A stretch of DNA of 64,000 bases from Tubulanus polymorphus (Eukaryota; Animalia; Nemertea). The stretch is from the NCBI RefSeq assembly GCF_964204645.1, contig NC_134033.1, positions 3,740,131 to 3,804,130 on the forward strand, in the 5' to 3' direction. The translations under genes were made by a program, and so were the position numbers. Shown in pieces: positions 24,085 to 37,800 of the stretch (position 1 is the first letter of the stretch; every line of letters starts with the position of its first letter). The notes beneath the pieces are model-generated. The model made no database searches and was not told the DNA's origin. It worked only from the letters and a program-made list of their open reading frames with translations.

Positions 24085-26595
24085 TTTGAAGCACATCATG
24101 CAAATACACTTATGTCTCTCCGCTTTCGAGCCGATCTTTGACCTCTTTGACCTCAGTCTTCGTTTCTGATCACTAAAAAACTTTCCAATTTTCCTTGTAT
24201 GAACTGAAACCCGTGGCTTACCACGGTATGTTCGCCAATGATATCCTGTAATTGAGCTCGCGTATTTTCGGGCAAATCGGCGACGTTTCTTTGCGCCACG
24301 AACGACAACAACTGGTCGTTTGTTTCACGTATTTCTTCGTCGTATTTACTCACACGAGGTCGAGCTGGTTTGAGAGCGAGATGGATCGCAACCGATGCCG
24401 AATCCGCCCAATAGAAAACCGTCTTCGTTTTAGCCGCGGTTACAATTTCGCCGAGATCAAATCGACGGACGTGGAAATTAGCATGAGGAATGTCACGATC
24501 GGTGCTTTCTAAGCATCGATTGATGTCCCGCGTTATTTTGGCTATCGAACCATTGGTTTCCATAACAACAAACGCGCGCCCGTGTTTGCGGGTTAATCGA
24601 TACAGACCGAATTCCAACTCGCTAGCCGGATCTTCGAAATAATAAAGTACGTGCGAAAATATCAACAAATCGTAGAAATCGTTCGGTAGAAAAGACGCGG
24701 CGCTTTCTCTGGTAAACGGTCGTTGATACAGGTTATACTCGAAGTTGTACTTACTAGCGAGTAAACTCATACGAGTCCGCAGTTCTATCATCATAACACT
24801 GTTCGGTTCCACACAGTCCAAACGATCTACCTTTACTTCATCGCCGACTGCGCTTAAAGTTTCTTCTAGTAGATTTCCGTGAGCCGCGCCGATCGCCAAC
24901 ACCCTCAATCCTCGTACGGGATCGCCTCTACGTATATCGGTATCGCATATACGCAATGCCTCGGCCAGTCTTATAGGTCCTGAAATCGAATTGCTAGCGA
25001 AACTTCGTAACGAGCGGTAAGCGTTGCTGTATGCTAGTTCATTCATGTTGCCAGCTCAAGCAAGACTTAGTTGACCTTTTTGATAAGACTGACTCGAATC
25101 ATGTAGAAATGAAAAGTATAATCGGCTTGATTCCTTTTTTTTAAATTCTCATTCTCCAACGTTACCGATTTGCGTTCAATCCATTTCGTTCAGCAGATTA
25201 GCTTTCTTCGGTTTTTGTTCGACTTCGCGACCCATTATTTGAAAAGTTTAGAATTCAAGATATACCTTTGAAGACCCTGATCTTTTTATTTCTGATTTTT
25301 AAACGTCAGCCATATTTACCCTCGATAAATTTCATTCGGCAAATTGACAACGATCAATAATGGATTTTACTTATATGACCTATACTTTTACTTGTATGAC
25401 CTATAAATAACTTTTAAAAAAAATCTAGTGAAATTAAATTGACCTAAATATCGAAAACTGATTTTGTCAGGAATATCGAATGTCTGAAAGAAGGGTGGTT
25501 CCGGCTGTGGATTGATACCTATACATTGGTGCATTTGTTGAGGGAAGCGGGAATGGAGTTACCGATTTCTAGCAAGCGAGACCCATGACACCGTATCTTG
25601 AGAAAATTGATAAAATCTAGTCGAAGCGAAAAATTAGTCCCATAATAAAATCCTATATAATTCATTTGATTCATAATAAGATTTGTACATACACAAAATA
25701 GTTACCACGTATTAACGCTAATTCCGACGGATAGAACATTTAGAATCTACACAACGAACACCAAAATTTTCACCAAAAATATTCCATCGTCAGGTCGACA
25801 GTAGAACCTCCTAACAAACCTTGAATTTCATTGCATATATTATTCTAATACTGGGTATAACTGGGTATATCAGTTAACAAATGGATTTTCTGGTTGCCTA
25901 AAGTTCCTTGTAACGAGAGGCTCTGCTGTAGCTGGCAATGCGCGTAGATAACCTCCTGAAAAAGATGTCTACCTCCGGAAAGAACCCCCTACGACATCAT
26001 CGAATCGATGAGATTTATGTAGGCAGCATTCTTTTCTGGTAATTAAGGAAAATGAAATCATTATTTTTTGAGACAATAATTTAGAATATACGTAGACAAT
26101 ATGGAATGCATCCGGAGACCTTTTCAAAAAAGATGGCTACCCTCAAAATTCTCCGTTTGACTCCACCAATAGGGGAGCCCCCTATAGTGATGATGTCATA
26201 GGGAGATTTTGTGAAGGTGAGGCAGCCATTTTTTCTGGGAGGACAGCAAACCTTGCCTACCTCAGACATGTCCAACTTTTGACTGATTCGGACAAAACGA
26301 AGTCATTTTCTGATCTCCTAACATATTTTGCGATCCTTAAGTCAGACTTTCAGGCTTAAATCGGACCGTTTTTCGTTGGACCAAGTTTGTCCGAGTCGGG
26401 CGAGGTTGACTAGTAAAATGAAATAGCCTACACAGTCGTATAGTTACTTGTTTTTAGCGTGACGTCGAGTCACATTTCGTTGGCACCGAAAACAATTAAC
26501 TAAGATATAGATAGAAAGAAAATTTAATCACATAAATATTTACAAAACAATTCCGAGAATATGATTCTGGAATTTGTAGCGAGGATGGTTTGAAT
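24085..26595. repeat. Segmental duplication unit (methyltransferase copy 2 plus upstream flank), homologous to 30413-33646
   Basis: Shared flanks aaagtataatcggcttgattc (~25112 / ~31518) and a near-identical block gactgattcggacaaaacg...gaggatggtttgaat (26281-26595 / 33328-33646). Confidence 0.85.
24153..25046 (-). CDS. Class I SAM-dependent methyltransferase, HNMT-like, copy 2 (297 aa, intronless)
   Basis: Intact ORF colinear with copy 1 without gaps. Motif I is VLAIGAAHG. Confidence 0.85.
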   Translation of the reverse strand: MNELAYSNAYRSLRSFASNSISGPIRLAEALRICDTDIRRGDPVRGLRVLAIGAAHGNLLEETLSAVGDEVKVDRLDCVEPNSVMMIELRTRMSLLASKYNFEYNLYQRPFTRESAASFLPNDFYDLLIFSHVLYYFEDPASELEFGLYRLTRKHGRAFVVMETNGSIAKITRDINRCLESTDRDIPHANFHVRRFDLGEIVTAAKTKTVFYWADSASVAIHLALKPARPRVSKYDEEIRETNDQLLSFVAQRNVADLPENTRAQLQDIIGEHTVVSHGFQFIQGKLESFLVIRNED

Positions 26596-26699
26596 ACCAG
26601 TGCCAGGGTACAAGTACATTATGAGCAAAAGGGTTAAGTTAAACATTAACAAGTTATAAATTCGGCGTAAACCAGACATAAATTTAGAAATGTTACATG

Positions 26700-27950
26700 A
26701 TGGTTGGGTTTATATGAAATGGCTAACAGAGCAGATACTGTACATATGTAGGAGTCTATTGTTGGAATTGTTGGTAGTTACTGAGAAAAATGTTAAGTAG
26801 GAAGTTTATCTTATTGGTTTCAGTGCGATTTGAGATGTAATCAGTTATTTTATTGTCGAATGAGGAAAACAAAGCGTCGATTTTTGTTTTGTGGCCAAGT
26901 GAAACAATAACGACACCATCCCCCAAAAATGATAGGTCCAATGACATTGGGATAAAAGCGTAAATCTCGAAACTATAATACGAGGATGAAACTAAACAAC
27001 TTATTTGATACGTTAAGATGGAGCCACTCGATAGAATTGGATATACACCCACCATTGTAGTGCCTTCAAATTCATAAGTAATAGTTTCGCATGCGGACTG
27101 AATCGAACAAACGTAGAAATATCTCGTAGTACTAGAATACTTAAAACCGAATTTTTTTAGCAGTTATGAGTTTCTAATAAAATGGCCAAGTACGCCTTGG
27201 CGTATAGGTCATATTTAGGAAAAAGTATTATGATTTTGATCATCATTTTCAACTTTTCGAAGTACATGGCGAGTTCTAATTTACGTTTAAAGCAGGTAAA
27301 AAACGCTAGCAACAACCTTGACTCTTTTTCTGTGTTGGGGAGAGGACTCAGAAAACCCCAAACGGTATTAACCCAACAATTAGCCCTTTTTTCCAGACGA
27401 GAGAGGATTAACTCCCGGGTTATTTCTGTGCTGGAGGAACTACTCCATTGGAAAAGCAAAGAGTGTTAACCAAATATAGTTATGCAAAGGCTAGCATTTG
27501 ATCTAGTGCACAGTGCACACTTTGTTAGTCTCCGAGACATCAGGACTGGACATCTGTGCCGGACAACAGGTTTCGATACAGGTTTGTAGATGTCTCTCCA
27601 TCGGATGTGTGCGTTCTTGTAACTACAGGCTTGTGGACGATTCGTCATGATCTGCGCCTTTGGTTATTCGACATTGGGCTTACCACCTATGTGAACGCAG
27701 GTGGGGCCAGCAATGTCTTGTCGTTACTTTCATCTTGGAGTATTCAAATGACTACTCCAAGCTTTCATATCTACAGTCCATCTCGCAGTGAGTCTGACAA
27801 AGGCCAGCTTGGTGCAGTAACTTCTTTAGATCAAGTTGATGACTTCTTGCGATTTTTCATCGCTGTCTCCGGTGTAAACAATGTGGAGTTGTAGCCGATA
27901 CGTCTGGAAGAACTTGTTTGTGGAAGAGGCCTCGTATTCGAAAATCGCAT
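26700..27950 (-). mobile_element. Possible highly degenerate non-LTR retrotransposon relic (ORF1 and endonuclease-like)
   Basis: Starts where the duplication homology breaks (~26595). Broken minus-strand frames weakly resemble LINE ORF1 (HIGGKPN..PK) and APE endonuclease (AILLETH, MVGVY, FLGD). Confidence 0.3.
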
Positions 27951-30171
27951 TGTGGGCACTTGGCGTCTGTGGTTTCCTCGGAGACTATCGAGGGTGTGAC
28001 TTCTAACGGAGCTGTAACATCGACCTGGGACTATATCGCATACGAGTCATTTACATAAGCTATAGATCAAATTGATATTACTACCTCCATGCTTTCCCAT
28101 AATAAACGCGAAAATGGATGATACCGATATTAGTTAGAAAAGATAGCTAGCTTAATGATAGCGTAAAGCAAAAAACACCTAAGCTGTTGCACTTGCAAAA
28201 GAACGTTTTGGATTAGACAAAATAACACTATTCTCTCATAAAATTTGGTTATAGAATTTGAAAAATATGCGTTGTTTGGTAAAAGGATATCTCTGAGCTA
28301 GACGTTGTTGAAGAACCACTGTCGTCGACATTAATGTATGTATACATAATATCTTGATATAAAATGATTCACAATGTGCAATTAAGGGAAAGAAAATAGT
28401 TTGTGCAAGTTAAAGTGTCGTTACTGACGGTTAGTGCAATCATTTTTCCATCCGGAAAAGCTAGGTAAAAAAGTATGTGTCGAAATTACAAAGTATGATA
28501 TTTTTCATTCGAATGTACCGAAGACCAAGAAACGTGTTTGGTCGTGTTTATTGATTAATTGTGGAGCACTTGACCTTATCGTCAAAACGTATCTATGTAT
28601 GATCACTACGTTTGACTCAAAGATAAGGAGAGCCCCTTTGCTTTTACCATTATTAGAATATAAAGTGCGAAAGATTCAAAACTACATTACAAACTGCCTA
28701 TTGAATCCATCATCGATTATTCCTGGCTGTGATCGGGGATGTAAAAATCAAATTCATTGTGTACTTTGTAATAATATATGACATTATAGGGCCTACTGAT
28801 ATTATATCCCGAAATCAGTTGACCACGCATCGGTCACACTACCCATCTTTGATGGATTCGACCTCGAATCTGAACTTGGCAAAAATAACTTTTTTTTCTA
28901 ACAGCTACTGCAGACAAAACAACCTGAAATTCCTTTATGTTTGAAATTGAAAATACGTTTCATTACTTAAGTGATCAATGTGATCTACATATACGTCATG
29001 AAAACCGCCTTCATCAAAGGGAATAAAAACTATTACTACATTATTACATATACCATCTCTGCACTATTTTTTCAAGAGCTTCACTTTGACTTAATTATGC
29101 TCTGTGTTCACAACTTAGCGTGCTTTTCTTTTAAAAATCTTCATGGAACTATGTCCATTTTATGAAGTGGAGCCCAGAGGAAAATTAACAGATTTAAGAA
29201 CCTCAGCCGCAGTCAAACTTATTTTTCTAAATAAATCGTCATGTGAACGATATGTGAAAGACAAAAAATACTTGGGCTGGCAGGGGAACGATCCCTATGC
29301 GAATATGCAAGCCTGCTCCAGGTTCTCCAAATAATTTAGCCATGGCAACTCCAGAAAACAATCTCATTAATAAAGAAACATAAATAGGTTGCTTCAACTT
29401 TACAGTAATACGGAAAACATAATTTCGTCAGTTAAATATGTATCGTTTTTTTACAAATACCAGCGAAAAATAAACAGACATTTCGCGAGATCAGTCGATA
29501 GGCGATATGCAGACATATCATATTCCTGCATGTTCATCATTTTTAGTACACAATGAATGCAAACGGCTTTAGATTATCGACGCCATAGGCGTGGGGTGGT
29601 TCTGGCTTGGAGTAATCATTTTCAAATGATTACACCAAGGTTCTGGTTAGGGAGATAGGGGATTGTGAATGCTGTATGGGAGTTGTCTCCACTACAATCA
29701 ACGATTGTAGGCTCTCCGGAGGAGATACAACTCCCTGGACATTCACCATTAAAAAACACATGGGGAAATTTATAGAGCACTCGCGCGAGGTACAGCGAGA
29801 TTAGTGTGAAATGAGAAAAAAAATCAAAATCCCATTATACACTTACCGAAACCGTGGCTCTCCACCAATGATACCGGGTTCCGGTTCAGATGTTATGAAA
29901 TGATTGAACGCAAGAGTGTAAATTATACGTTGACTTTATTAGGCGTTGAGAGAGAGCGGATGAGAGAGAGCAAGAAAGTAGAATACATGTGCTTAAATAG
30001 CGACTGATAAGACACTGGCCAGTTCAGCGCTGATAAAAGGTCAAGTACCTTAAATGGACTGACCAGTGTTCTGTTGTAAATATCAAAATATTAAATTAGT
30101 TACTACACACATATATTCATAATAATAATAATGATAGTAATCCTAATAGCAAATTTTACATCCTTCCTCTG

Positions 30172-30399
<228 letters not shown>

Positions 30400-30514
30400 A
30401 ATGATTCGCATTTTATGAAGCACATCACGCAAATACACTTTACAGTTTATACTTATTTCTTGTGGCAGCTTTAACGGACGACTGGTCGCTGTCGAGCCGA
30501 TCTTTGACCTCAAA

Positions 30515-31408
30515 TCAGTTTTCGTTTCTGATCACTAAAAAACTTTCCAATTTGCCCGGTATGAACGGAAACCCGTGGCTTTCCACGGTATGTTCGCGAA
30601 CGATATCCTGTATTTGAGCTCGCGTATTTTCGGGCAAATCGGCGACGTTTCTTTGCGCCACGAACGACAACAACTGGTCGTTTATTTCACGTATTAATTC
30701 GTCGTATTTACTCACACGAGGTCGAGCTGGTTTGAGAGCGAGATGGACCGAAACCGATTGCAGATCCGCCCAATAGAAAACCGTCTTCGTTTTAGCCGCG
30801 GTTACAATTTCGCCGAGATCAAATCGACGGACGTGGAAATTAGCATGAGGAATGTCACGATCGGTTCTTTCTAAGCATCGATTGATGTCCCGCGTTATTT
30901 TGGCTATCGAACCATTGGTTTCCGTAACAACAAACGCGCGCCCGTGTTTGCGGGTTAATCGATACAGACCGAATTCCAACTCGCTTGCCGGATCGTCGAA
31001 ATAATAAAGTACGTGCGAAAATATCAACAAATCGTAGAAATCGTTCGGTAGAAAAGACGCGGCGCTTTCTCTGGTAAACCGTCGCTGATAGAGTTTATAC
31101 TCGAAGTTGTACTTACTAGCGAGTAAACTCATACGAGTTTGCAGTTCCATCATCATAACACTGTTCGGTTCCACACAGTCCAAACGATCTACATTTATTT
31201 CATCGCCGACTGCGCCCAAAGTTTCTTCTAGTAGATTTCCGTGAGCCGCGCCGATCGCCAACACCCTCAATCCTCTCACGGGATCGCCTCTAGGTATATC
31301 GGTATTACATATCCGCAATGCCTCGGCCAGCGTTTTGCTTCCTAAAGTCGAATTACTTTGGAAACTTCGAAATGAGCGGTAAGCGTTGCTGTATTCTAGT
31401 TCATTCAT
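30515..31408 (-). CDS. Class I SAM-dependent methyltransferase, HNMT-like, copy 3 (297 aa, intronless)
   Basis: Intact ORF colinear with copies 1 and 2. Distinct N-terminal patch [13 protein letters not shown]. Confidence 0.85.
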   Translation of the reverse strand: MNELEYSNAYRSFRSFQSNSTLGSKTLAEALRICNTDIPRGDPVRGLRVLAIGAAHGNLLEETLGAVGDEINVDRLDCVEPNSVMMMELQTRMSLLASKYNFEYKLYQRRFTRESAASFLPNDFYDLLIFSHVLYYFDDPASELEFGLYRLTRKHGRAFVVTETNGSIAKITRDINRCLERTDRDIPHANFHVRRFDLGEIVTAAKTKTVFYWADLQSVSVHLALKPARPRVSKYDELIREINDQLLSFVAQRNVADLPENTRAQIQDIVREHTVESHGFPFIPGKLESFLVIRNEN

Positions 31409-31769
31409 GTCAGCTCAAGACTTTAAGCCGTTAAGTATCGAGACGTTGTTTTGTGACAACATGCGTGATAACGTTTGGATTGACCCATTCGAATCATTTA
31501 AGAATATACCTGCTAAGAAAGTATAATCGGCTTGATTCTTTTTTCTTTATTTCTTATTCTTCAACGTTACCCATTTACGTGTAATCAATTTCGTTCAGCA
31601 GATTGATATCTTTGTTTGATTTTTGTAAGACTTTGACCCATTAGAAACGTTTAAAAATAACTTTGAATGAAATTGAATTGAGGTAAACTTCAAAAACTGA
31701 TTTTCAGAAATGCTGAATGTATTACGTAAGAGGATGGCTCCGACTGTGGATTGATACCTACATGGATGC

Positions 31770-32103
31770 CAGCCTACCCCAGTAGGAATTCGAACCCGAT
31801 GGCATCGAGACTCGCTACGGTACGAAACCCTGCCACACTAGACCGAGTGCGCAGCTTAGATGATGTCATTATTAGCCAATCAGATATCCCGTTTTATTTT
31901 AGCTCGGGTTTTCCCATCTATAGTTCTTCCGTGAAATTTGCCTCAGCGATTATACAACGAGCAATCTGATTGGCGCCGCATGTTTTCGCGCGGCAAAGCT
32001 GCGCATGTACCTGCGCACCCGGTCTACTGTGGCAGGGGTTCGTGCCGTGGCTGAGTGTAGCGATGCCATCAGGTTCGAATCCCTGCCGAAGGAGGGAGGA
32101 TGC
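31770..32103. mobile_element. ~340-bp MITE (GCATCC-TIR family) upstream of methyltransferase copy 3
   Basis: Homologous to 53554-53890 and absent at the equivalent position upstream of copy 2 (~25530). Confidence 0.8.
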
Positions 32104-32494
32104 GTCGAGGGAAGTTCTTTGGCCCTGGATGCGCCGGGTAGTTAACATTAACCTTAATTTAAGGCAGTATTGTTTTCTGAAATGGAATAATATTTGATCG
32201 AGTTTATGGTCAATGGCGAGCGCAGTAGCCCGCGGTATTACATCAGTTCATAGAAATCACGCTAGGGGACCGTACGGTGCTGCCACCAATGCATTGGTGT
32301 ATGTATTAAAAAATCCAACTTAAAATATGGCTAAATTCATCAAAATAGGTCTAGATGTATATAAATCCCTCCGGCAGTATATGTATTGTAAATATATGTA
32401 TTGTAAATATATGTATTGTAAATATATGTATTGTAAATAGTATATTATGTACCAGTTAATTAAGTTTTGTAGTTTTTATTACTGTTAATGTAAT

Positions 32495-32570
32495 TATTGT
32501 AAATACTGTTTTTCCTCCATATACCATGGAAATGGTTGGAGTGTAAATAAATATTCGTATTCGTATTCGT
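32495..32570 (+). mobile_element. 3' end of a LINE/SINE (stem-loop, then aataaat and (ATTCGT)n tail)
   Basis: ctccatataccatggaaatggttggag hairpin followed by a short-repeat tail. An inverted near-identical copy lies at ~50985-51052. Confidence 0.55.
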
Positions 32571-33779
32571 AGTTCTCTGTAAAATATCCACTTCATTACG
32601 GGAATGGAGTTAACAATTTCTAGCAAGCTTGACCCACATGATCCCTGATAACTGCGTGGAAAATATCTTGAGAAAATTGGTAAAATAAGTCGAGGCGAAA
32701 AATCATTCCCATAATAAAATACTATATAATTTATTTGATTCATAAGATTTGTACATACACAAAATAGTTACCACGTATTAACACTAATTCCAACGCATAG
32801 AACATTTAGAATAAACATCAAAATTTTCACCAAAAGTATTCCACCAACGGATCGACAGTAGAACCTCCTTGCGAACTTAGAATTTCGTTGCAAATAGGAC
32901 AATCTTGCACTGGATACAACGAAGTCTATCATATCAGTTAACGAACGGATATTCTGGTCGCCTAAAGTTCGTTGTAACGAGGTTCAGCTGTAGCTGGAAA
33001 TGCGCATATATATAGAGAACCTCCTGAAAAAAAGATGGCTACCTCGAAACAATCCCTCTATGACATCATCGAATCGATGCGAAAAGGGAGAAATAAAGTT
33101 AATTGAAATCATTATTTTTTGAGACAGTGATTTAGAATATAGACAACATGAAATGCATCCGGAGACCTTTTCAAAAAAAATGGCTACCCTCACAAATTTT
33201 CCATTTGACCTCACCAATAGGGGAGCCCCTGTATTGATGATGTCATAGGGACATTTTGTGAAGGTGAGGCATCCAACTTTTCTAGGAGGACAGTAAACCT
33301 TGCCTACCTCGGACATGTCCAACTTTTGACTGATTCGGACAAAACGAAGTCATTTTCTGATCTCCTAACATATTTTGCGATCCTTAAGTTAGACTTTCAG
33401 GCTTAAATCGGACCGTTTTTCGTTGGACCAAGTTTGTCCGAGTCGGGCGAGGTTGACTAGTAAAATGAAATAGCCTACACAGTCGTATAGTTACTTGTTT
33501 TTAGCGTGACGTCGAGTCACATTTCGTTGGCACCGAAAACAATTTACTAAGATATAAAGAGAAAGAAAATCTAATCACATAAATATTATTCACAAAAATA
33601 ATTCCGAGAATATGATTCTGGAATTTGTAGCGAGGATGGTTTGAATCGCTTTGTTTGAACACGTTTTACAACAGCCAGTGTACGCGTGTGTACCATAAAT
33701 GCTTTTGGTGCAGATACATTTCGATAGAATAGAACCTATAGGCTAGAATGCCGCCATAAAAGACGTCTACTGCTTCTAC

Positions 33780-34290
33780 TAATCCCCCTATTACGTCATC
33801 ACCAAATTTCCTGCTTGTGATTTGATATATTTCCTGATCCCCCTATGACATCCTCAAAATGGCTCCTGGTTTGACTAGTTTTCTAATCCCCCTATCACAT
33901 TGTCAAAATGGCTAATAGTGATTTGATATATTTCCTAATCCCCCTATGACATCATCAAAATGGCTACTAGTGATTTGATATATTTCCTAATCCCCCTATG
34001 ACATCATCAAAATGGCTACTGGTGGTTTGACAAACTTCCTAATCCCCCTATGACATCATCAAAATGGCTACTAGTGATTTGATATATTTCCTAATCCCCC
34101 TATGAGGTCATCAAAATGGTTATTGGTGGTTTGACCAACTTCCTAATCCCCCTATGACATCATCAAAATGGCTACTAGTGATTTGATATATTTCCTAATC
34201 CCCCTATGACATCATCAAAATGGCCACTGGTGGTTTGACCAATTTCCTAATCCCCCTATGACATCATGAAAATGGTCACTAGTGATTGGC
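33780..34290. repeat. 52-bp minisatellite (tcctaatccccctatgacatcatcaaaatggct...)
   Basis: About 9 tandem units at 52-bp spacing. Confidence 0.9.
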
Positions 34291-34857
34291 TGTTTAGACT
34301 CTTCTGGAAACGGATCTGATCATTGGTATACCATTTGATGACATCATAGGGGGATTTAAGACACATTCATTTTTCAGTGGGGTCTAAAAGGATATTCTTT
34401 TGACTACAACACAGACATGGACAATTCAAGAAAACATGCCCCCGACCATATACCCCTATGACATCACAGATTAACTAATCAATAGACATTTTTTAACGTT
34501 TTGTATTCTGTAAAAAAAAATTAACTGAAACCTTTGTTTAAAATCAACTTTACCCTATGATTACTGATCACAAGCTGGACAGATTAGAATAAAATTTCTT
34601 AGACTTTAACACAGCTTGCGCATAAATTCTGAGCCCCGCGGTATTACGACATAGAAAGGGGTTCAAAATATTTTGACGGACACTTTTCTTGGAATTTTTC
34701 ACGCATTTTCATGATATTTCACAAGACATTTCGAATTCTGTACATGTGTTCACAATTCTTTTAAGCAGACGTCAATTTTCCACGTTAATCTGACCAGCGT
34801 TACGGATCGGGGAGCCCGGTCTAGTGATACTTTAGTAAATCGAGTGTCGCAGTTTTA

Positions 34858-37800
34858 TCACCAAAACAAGAACGGCGACCACATCATGCTGGTCAACGCG
34901 GCGCCGGCCACGACGCCCATCGCCAGGTCGGTTCCGTCGTCGCGATAGTAGCGCCGTCTGTCGTCGACGTAGATCACGTTAGTGGCGCCAGGAACGGTTT
35001 GATAAACTGAAACGATACACAACACAATCATCGAACTGTTATCAGAAGTACTCGATGCGCCCAAATACACGAATTGTCTAGTTTCACTGTCTGCGTCGCT
35101 TCCCGGGTCTGAAACTTAGTATATTCGCACTATAGAGGGCGCCCTTTAACCGGTCGAGATTTTTGGTCCCTATGTCTGACCAATCAAAAGTTATCAAACT
35201 TATAAAATTGTCTTCTTCTATAATCCTAAATCCCCGTATACAAGTCTTATCTTACTTGGGTCCAAATGCCGAAAAGGCATATACAACGTCTCCTAGGACC
35301 GAGGTACTACATGTAGTTCTTGAAATTTTGAGGTCCCTTCCTACAACTGCTTTTAGAATGGTACCCGAACCAAAATTCAGAAAATAATTCGAAGTTAAAT
35401 AAAATCCGGGATTCGGTTCACAGTTGTAAGTTAGTCAACTCATGAGTTCAAATCAGTTCATTCTCGATGAATCAACTCTTTAGTCAAATCAGAACTCCGG
35501 GAGTGCCCTTTCCACAGTAAAACTGCCCGATTTACCATATTTTGGATGAAAGCGCCCTTTTTTCGACGAATTTGAATGTCGAGGGTTTTAAGACATGGCC
35601 TCGCAGTTTACTGTAGATCGCGAATTCATCAGTATTGAATAATTTGAAACCGACAAAGATGAGATGAAAGGTAAAATCCAGCAATAGCTGAATGACTAAA
35701 CAGTCCATTCAAAATACAAATTTCAGATTGCTTCTATCACTCTTCTTCGGTCTGATACGGTCGTAGGAACCACCCAAAATATTTCAACGGGGTGGCCACT
35801 TTTATTTGCCACGCGTTCCCCGACTATTCCCTGACATGCAGGTTTTTTCCCCGACTCGATCTGCTAAGAATCCAATCAGTAAACACAGTCAAATACGCAC
35901 ACAGACATACGGACAGAAACTGTTTGATTTTACGCGTGATCTAGCATTCCCAACATGTTTTCCTCACTTTTACCTCATTTTCAGCTCGTTTACAAAATTC
36001 ACTAACTTATCCCTGACTTTTTCTAAAAGCAAGCAAAAGTGGCCACCTTTCAGCATTTTAGATAAACTTTTTAGGTATTTTGAAAGTAACGAAAACTACC
36101 TCTAATAACCCGGGAGCGTTCAGTTGCATAAAGTTGATACTTTTTTCAAACACTTGGCTCTTAAAGATAGTCAATAGGGGTTTGGGTGTTTTAGGGTCGA
36201 GAAGGGTGGAGGGGTTGCTACCACCAGGCTAATTAGTTCCCTTCGGTTTACTCACCCCCGACGCCTAGGAACACTTATATACTCAGTTACTACTACCGTT
36301 CCTGAACAACCAAAACAATAGTAAGATGAATCATCACTTGATTTAGAAATATTGTCATTTTCTACTCGAGGCAAAAATCGAAAATACTGCAATACATGTG
36401 TAATACATGATTATGTATTGATCTGTCACATCAACAGGTTTCAGAAAGCTATAATGTGATTGAAGTTCATCGGTGTCTTTGAGACTTGCGAACGGTTGAC
36501 ATTTAGTAACCAATCATAATTTTACTGAATCATTGAAGTCATTGAGAATGATGTAGTCATTAGTAACTTATCATAATTTTACTGAATCCTTGAACGTATT
36601 AAGAATGAAAACTAATCATAATTTTGCTGAATAAATGAAGTCATCGAGAATGAGAAGGTCGTCATATTCATAAATAACTTATCATCATTTTACTACATTG
36701 TTACAGTCATTGAGAATGAGAAACAATTCATAATTTTGCTGAATTGTTGAAGTCATTGAGAATGATGTAGTCATTAGTAACTAATCATAATTTTACTGAA
36801 TCCTTGAACGTATTAAGAATATGAAAACTAATCATAATTTTGCTGAATTGTTGAAGTCATTGAGAATGAGAAGGTCGTCATATTCATAAATAACTCATCA
36901 TAATAATTTGCTGAATTGTTATATAGTCATCGAGAATGAGAAGGTCTTCGTCATTAGAACTAATCATAATTTTATTGAATCGTTGAATGTACTAAGAATG
37001 TGAAACTAATCATAATTTTACTGAATAGTTAAAACAAGTTTTTGAGAATAGGAAGGGAAGGTCATCATAAAGTATTAGCCTAATAATAATTTCACTGTAT
37101 TGTTTAGTTGGAAAGAAAATGAAAAACTGAATCATTTAAATCATTTTGAGAACTAATTATAATTTTACTGAATCGTTGAAGTCATCGAGACTGAGAAAAC
37201 GATTTACCCTGTTGTCCGTAGGCCGGCGGCTGGGCGTTGTAGACGACTTGAGGATAGCCAACTTGTTGATACTGCTGCCGCGGGTACGCACATTGTTGAT
37301 TATCGCCATGGCGATTCGGCGTCTGGTACGGGGGCGGCAGATTTGACGGGTAAATGATACGCGCTTGTTCGAGCGAGAATTGCCAGGCGCTGGAAAAAAT
37401 GCGACCGATAGTGAATAAAAGTTTTTTTTGCATGTGAATAATTTTCGAAGAATTTGGACCGGTACCTCATGTCGTCGAGGCTATCAGCGCACAGGTTCAT
37501 ATTCCCGTCATCTTTACACGTTATTTGTATCAGCGAGTCTTTATTCTGACCTTCGGGCGGCGTCACATTCTGAATCTAGAAAATAATCGGCAAATTTTCA
37601 ATAACTGATCGTCCACACTTCACATGTGTTCAGTGCTTCACCTGAGAGATTTTTAATCGAAAATGAACTACAAACACCAGATATTAGACATTTTATCAGC
37701 ACACTTTCAAAAACTGATCGTCCACACTTCACATGTGTTCAGTGCTTCACCCGAGACATTTTTAATTGAAAATGAACTACAAACACCAGATATTAGACAT

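Noticed and set aside
36256-36301. Candidate 46-nt cassette exon in PLEKHB (cag...gtgagt on the minus strand)
   Set aside because: It would shift the frame, and the flanking exons already join in phase. It cannot be supported without transcripts, although a poison exon is possible.
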